Assembly (NCBI GenBank): GCA_019747905.1
Contig: JAIEQG010000040.1
Location: forward strand, 2,403-66,402
Source of the DNA: Burkholderiales bacterium
GTDB lineage: Bacteria > Pseudomonadota > Gammaproteobacteria > Burkholderiales > Ga0077523
Direction of reading: 5' to 3'
DNA length: 64,000 bases
Part shown: one piece after another, positions 60,549 to 64,000 of the stretch
Position numbering within the stretch: the stretch's first letter is position 1
Layout: each line of letters starts with the position of its first letter
The notes under the pieces: model-generated
Seen by the model: only the letters and a program-made list of their open reading frames with translations
Told to the model about the DNA's origin: nothing
Databases searched by the model: none
Position numbers and translations under genes: made by a program

Positions 60549-62003
60549 ATGAAACGATTCGCCCTTGCAGCGCTGAAGCGCGGCCTGTTCCTGATCGCGG
60601 CCTTCATTCTGGGCGCTCTGGCCTTGCGTGCCTGGAATTCCCTGGGCGGCCCACAGCTCGAACCCTGGCACACGTACGTGCCGGAGGAACTGACCGAGGT
60701 CGAACTCGATCGAGCGACGTGGGCGGACTACGTCGAAGCCGAGAACCGCCTGTTCGAACTCATGAAGCAGGCGGTCACCCGCCGCCTCGATCCGGAAGAC
60801 CGCGTCCCGCACAACCGCTACTTCGAGGGCAGCGCCGTGTATCCGGCGCGCTTCGCGCAGGATTGGAACCGGTCGTTCGTGCTCGAACCGAAAGGCGAGC
60901 CGGCCGGCGTCGTGCTGTTGCTGCACGGTCTCACCGATTCGCCGTACACCGTGCGGCACATCGCGGCGCACTACCGCGACCGGGGCTACGTGGCGCTCTC
61001 CATGCGCTTGCCGGCTCACGGTACGGTTCCAGCGGCGCTGACACGCGTTCATTGGGAAGACGGCCTGGCCGCCACGCGCATGGCGGTGCGCGAGGCACGG
61101 CGTCGCGTGGGTGCGCCCAAGCCGTTCCACATGGTGGGGTATTCCACCGGTGGAGCGCTGACTCTCAAGTACGCGCTGGATGCGCTGAAGGACGAGCGCC
61201 TCGCGCAGCCGGACCGGATCGTCCTGCTGTCGCCGATGATCGGCGTGTCGCGCTTTGCACGGTTCGCAGGCCTTGCAGGATGGCCTTCCGTGTTGCCGGC
61301 CTTCGCGAAGACCGCATGGCTCGATCTGCTACCCGAATACAACCCGTTCAAGTACAACTCGTTCCCGGTGAATGCGGCGGTGCAGTCCCATCGGCTCAGC
61401 ACGACGCTGCAGGAGGACCTGGTGCAGGCGTCCCGCGAGAACCGGCTCACCAAGCTGCCGCCGGTCCTGACGTTCCAGTCGGTGGTGGACGATACGATCA
61501 GCGTGTCGGCGGTGATCAGCGCGTTGTACGGCATGCTGCCGGCGAACGGCAGCGAGCTGGTGCTGTTCGACCTCAACCGGTCGGTCGACTTCGGACTGCT
61601 GGTGAAGCCGGGCATCACCGATCCGCTGGTCCGCCTGTTCCCGCCCGCGCCGCGCAAGTACGGCATTTCGGTTGTGGCCAACGCGGATGCCAACACCGAT
61701 GCCGTGATCGAGCGCCGGATGGCAGCCGGTACCGCCGACGAAGCGCGACGGCCGTTGCCGCTCGCCTTTCCGCGAGAGGTCTATTCGCTGTCGCACATCG
61801 CGGTGCCGTTTCCGACGACCGACGGCCTCTATGGCCTGCAACCCGACCCCCTGGAAAATTACGGCATCCGGCTCGGCGTTCGCGGTCTGCGCGGCGAGCG
61901 CGGCGTGCTGGTGGTGGATGCGGCTTCGCTGCTGCGCCTCGGCTGCAACCCGTTCTATCCGTACCTGATCGAGCGCATCGACGCGGCGATCGACGGCCGC
62001 TAA
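60549..62003 (+). CDS. Membrane-anchored alpha/beta hydrolase
   Basis: N-terminal TM LFLIAAFILGALAL, then LLLHGLTDSPY and the nucleophile elbow GYSTGG. 484 aa. Confidence 0.8.
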   Translation: MKRFALAALKRGLFLIAAFILGALALRAWNSLGGPQLEPWHTYVPEELTEVELDRATWADYVEAENRLFELMKQAVTRRLDPEDRVPHNRYFEGSAVYPARFAQDWNRSFVLEPKGEPAGVVLLLHGLTDSPYTVRHIAAHYRDRGYVALSMRLPAHGTVPAALTRVHWEDGLAATRMAVREARRRVGAPKPFHMVGYSTGGALTLKYALDALKDERLAQPDRIVLLSPMIGVSRFARFAGLAGWPSVLPAFAKTAWLDLLPEYNPFKYNSFPVNAAVQSHRLSTTLQEDLVQASRENRLTKLPPVLTFQSVVDDTISVSAVISALYGMLPANGSELVLFDLNRSVDFGLLVKPGITDPLVRLFPPAPRKYGISVVANADANTDAVIERRMAAGTADEARRPLPLAFPREVYSLSHIAVPFPTTDGLYGLQPDPLENYGIRLGVRGLRGERGVLVVDAASLLRLGCNPFYPYLIERIDAAIDGR

Positions 62004-62006
62004 GAA

Positions 62007-62170
62007 GAACACTCCCCCACGCTCCCTGCGGTCGCTGCCCCCGGAGGGGGCGCCTCAGTGGCTTGGGGCGGCCCGGCGCCACTGAGATGAACACTCCCCC
62101 ACGCTCCCTGCGGTCGCTGCCCCCTGGGGGGGGGCGCCTCAGTGGCTTGGGGCGGCCCGGCGCCACTGAG
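62007..62170. repeat. Two tandem ~82-bp units, each carrying internal palindromes
   Basis: Unit: GAACACTCCCCCACGCTCCCTGCGGTCGCTGCCCCCGGAGGGGGCGCCTCAGTGGCTTGGGGCGGCCCGGCGCCACTGAG. The copies start at 62007 and 62089 and differ mainly in the central G/C run. Each contains CTCAGTGGC...GCCACTGAG and GCCCCC..GGGGGC inverted repeats. Confidence 0.8.
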
Positions 62171-62280
62171 CGGGCTTGAGGCCAGCAGTCCGGCGAGAGT
62201 AACCTCACGGGGCCGTCACGAGCCGACGACATGCCCCTTGCATGGGCGTGCGCGACAAATAGCACCACGGGAGGAGAGCC

Positions 62281-63255
62281 ATGAGATTCCGTAGACTGTT
62301 GCTGCTGGTCTGCTGCATCGTGAATTCGCTCGCTGTTCACGCCGAACCGCCCAAGATGAACGTCATCGAGATCAACGACCACCTGACTGCGTTCTACACC
62401 GGCCGCGACGAAAGCATTCCGCGCTACAGCGCCGACTACAACTGGGTCGACGACGGTGCCATGAAGCTCGGCATCGCGACGTACGCCATCCATCGCGGCG
62501 ATGAAGCGATCGTGTACGACACCTTCACGTCGAACGAGCAGGCTCAATGGGTGCGCGACTATCTGGCCAGCAAGGGCATCCGTCGTTTCACGGTGGTGCT
62601 GAGCCACTGGCACCCGGACCACGTCGGCGGCAACGAGGTGTACACCGACAGCCACATCCTCGCGCCAGACGTCGGCCGGCACCTGATGGAAACGCTGAAG
62701 GACAAGATCGAGCAGGGCGAGGCCTTCGGACCGCCGGGCATCAAGCCGCTCGTCCTGCCTGATCTCGCGTTTCGCAAGCGTGCCGATCTCTACCTGGGCG
62801 ATCTCAAGGTCGAACTGCACAACGTCAACATCCACAGCCCCGACAGCCTGGTGATCCTGATTCCGGCCGACCGCATCCTGCTGGCCGGCGACACGCTGGA
62901 GGACACTGTCACGTTCATGGTCGAGTTCGGCGACCTCGCCGAGCACGTGAAGAACCTGAAGAAGATGCGCACCATGGAGTTCGACCGCATCTATCCGAAC
63001 CACGGCGATCCGGAAGTCATCGCGAAGGGCGGTTATTCCAAGACCTTCATCGACGCGACCGTCGACTACATCACCAAGATGGTGAAGCGGGCCAAGACCC
63101 GCGACTACCTCGATGGCAAGCTCGAGGAGTACATCGGGGTGTCCATGAAGAAGCAGTGGATCAGCCTGTACGAACCCTATCGGGACGTGCACCGCGACAA
63201 CCTGAAGGGCGTGTACGAGTACTACAAGAAGCGGAAGCTGCCGGTGATCGAATAG
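62281..63255 (+). CDS. Secreted MBL-fold metallo-hydrolase
   Basis: Signal peptide MRFRRLLLLVCCIVNSLAVHA. The metallo-beta-lactamase motif is LSHWHPDHVGG, with later GDT and NHG contexts. 324 aa. Confidence 0.85.
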   Translation: MRFRRLLLLVCCIVNSLAVHAEPPKMNVIEINDHLTAFYTGRDESIPRYSADYNWVDDGAMKLGIATYAIHRGDEAIVYDTFTSNEQAQWVRDYLASKGIRRFTVVLSHWHPDHVGGNEVYTDSHILAPDVGRHLMETLKDKIEQGEAFGPPGIKPLVLPDLAFRKRADLYLGDLKVELHNVNIHSPDSLVILIPADRILLAGDTLEDTVTFMVEFGDLAEHVKNLKKMRTMEFDRIYPNHGDPEVIAKGGYSKTFIDATVDYITKMVKRAKTRDYLDGKLEEYIGVSMKKQWISLYEPYRDVHRDNLKGVYEYYKKRKLPVIE

Positions 63256-63259
63256 AAAA

Positions 63260-63281
63260 CGCCCGGCGCGATGGCCGGGCG
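63260..63281. terminator. Bidirectional hairpin terminator between convergent genes
   Basis: AAAA-CGCCCGGC-gcgatg-GCCGGGCG-CTT, an 8-bp GC stem with an A-run on one side and a T-containing run on the other. It lies between the stops at 63255 and 63305. Confidence 0.6.
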
Positions 63282-63304
63282 CTTGGTAACGATGGTCTCG
63301 AGAG

Positions 63305-63997
63305 TCAGGCCTTGCGGCGGTGCCATGCTCGAGCGCCCAGCAGACCTAGACCCGCCGCCAACATCGCCCACGTTTCCGGCTCGGGGACCGGCACCGGATT
63401 GTTGAGGTAGGTCGCGCTCTCGCCGTTGGCGAACGCGATCACATGCAATCCGAAGCGCAGGTCGCCACTCGCCATCGCAGCGATCACGGCGTTGTAGTCG
63501 GCGGCCTTGTAGAACTCCATCGTTTCGCCCGCGGCGTTGATACCGGCCGCCGGTTTGCCGTTGAAGCCCAGACCATTGTTGGACACGGCTTCATAGGTGA
63601 AGTCCTCGACGAAAGCGGGGCTCGCGGTATTGCCGCCGGGAAGATTCTTGGGGTTGGGCGAGTTGGCTTCCACGAAGTTCGTCCCCGAGCCGGTCAGCTT
63701 CGTGAACCCGTCCATGCCGTCGATGGAGACCTGCTCGACGGAAGACTGTACGCCGACCATGTTGAAGAACTTGAAGTACACATTCGGATCAACGCCGTTG
63801 CTCGCATCGATATCGTGCAGCACCTGCAGATAGAGCTGGCTTCCCACGGCGGGCGTGTCATCGCAACCGACCAGACAGGAAAAGTTGAAGGAGGCGCCAC
63901 CGTACCCAGCGACCGGGTCGATGGGGGGAAGCAACGCGTGGGCAGAAGCGCTGGCCACCACGGCGAGCGCGGCGGTCAAGGTCTTGATCTTGTTCAT
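63305..63997 (-). CDS. PEP-CTERM sorting-domain protein (230 aa), unrelated to the 54.8-57.8 kb pair
   Basis: Signal peptide MNKIKTLTAALAVVASASAHA. The C-terminus is VPVPEPETWAMLAAGLGLLGARAWHRRKA. Confidence 0.85.
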   Translation of the reverse strand: MNKIKTLTAALAVVASASAHALLPPIDPVAGYGGASFNFSCLVGCDDTPAVGSQLYLQVLHDIDASNGVDPNVYFKFFNMVGVQSSVEQVSIDGMDGFTKLTGSGTNFVEANSPNPKNLPGGNTASPAFVEDFTYEAVSNNGLGFNGKPAAGINAAGETMEFYKAADYNAVIAAMASGDLRFGLHVIAFANGESATYLNNPVPVPEPETWAMLAAGLGLLGARAWHRRKA

Positions 63998-64000
63998 TTG

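Noticed and set aside
60404-63192. A 591-aa + strand ORF (60404..62179) and a 525-aa reverse ORF (61615..63192).
   Set aside because: They are frame-shifted or antisense relative to the alpha/beta hydrolase and MBL genes. They read through the REP-like and 82-bp repeats and have low-complexity Arg/Gly/Pro composition.
1-64000. Searched by eye for tRNA/rRNA genes, IS elements, integrases and phage genes.
   Set aside because: I found no cloverleaf-type T-arm motifs, rRNA-like stretches, transposase or integrase ORFs, or long terminal inverted repeats. A tRNAscan, Infernal or ISfinder run would be needed to exclude them formally.

Overview
This is a high-GC proteobacterial chromosome segment. 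By eye it is about two-thirds G+C, except for one AT-richer islet. Two Bug/TctC-family binding proteins and three PEP-CTERM proteins suggest a Burkholderiales-type betaproteobacterium, but that is inference only. I could support about 50 protein-coding genes. I found no rRNA, tRNA, CRISPR array, transposase or integrase. Many long ORFs in the six-frame track are high-GC artefacts (antisense or alternative frames, or upstream extensions); I chose frames by recognisable motifs and by start/stop coupling.

Gene content, left to right:
- a truncated Fe-S protein and a ParE/antitoxin pair
- a three-domain xanthine-dehydrogenase-family enzyme
- a tightly coupled DsbA-like / PLP-dehydratase / CzcB / CzcA / methyltransferase gene string
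- an MHYT-GGDEF-EAL sensor, then DUF1015 plus an aminotransferase
- an HxlR-headed string with MATE, MFS and SDR genes
- three exported proteins (GlcG/HbpS-like, Tat-tagged chloroperoxidase-like hydrolase, a novel SKGEPEKFGRA-repeat protein)
- an AraC regulator, and an HSL-family hydrolase whose nucleophile Ser is Gly
- an orphan IorB-like molybdoenzyme subunit
- an SDR-SRPBCC fusion
- a ~2.3 kb AT-rich islet with a small LuxR-type regulator and three ORFans
- a carotenoid-cleavage-type oxygenase translationally coupled to the first of three paralogous wHTH-STAND-TPR regulators
- assorted catabolic and transport genes
- two tandem PEP-CTERM paralogues, plus a third PEP-CTERM protein at the right edge

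The strongest non-genic signal is a family of nested-palindrome REP-like repeats at six sites, plus two other hairpin or tandem repeat loci. One REP site carries a 37-bp internal tandem amplification. One REP site sits in-frame inside a coding region.

All product calls come from motif recognition by eye. No database search was run.
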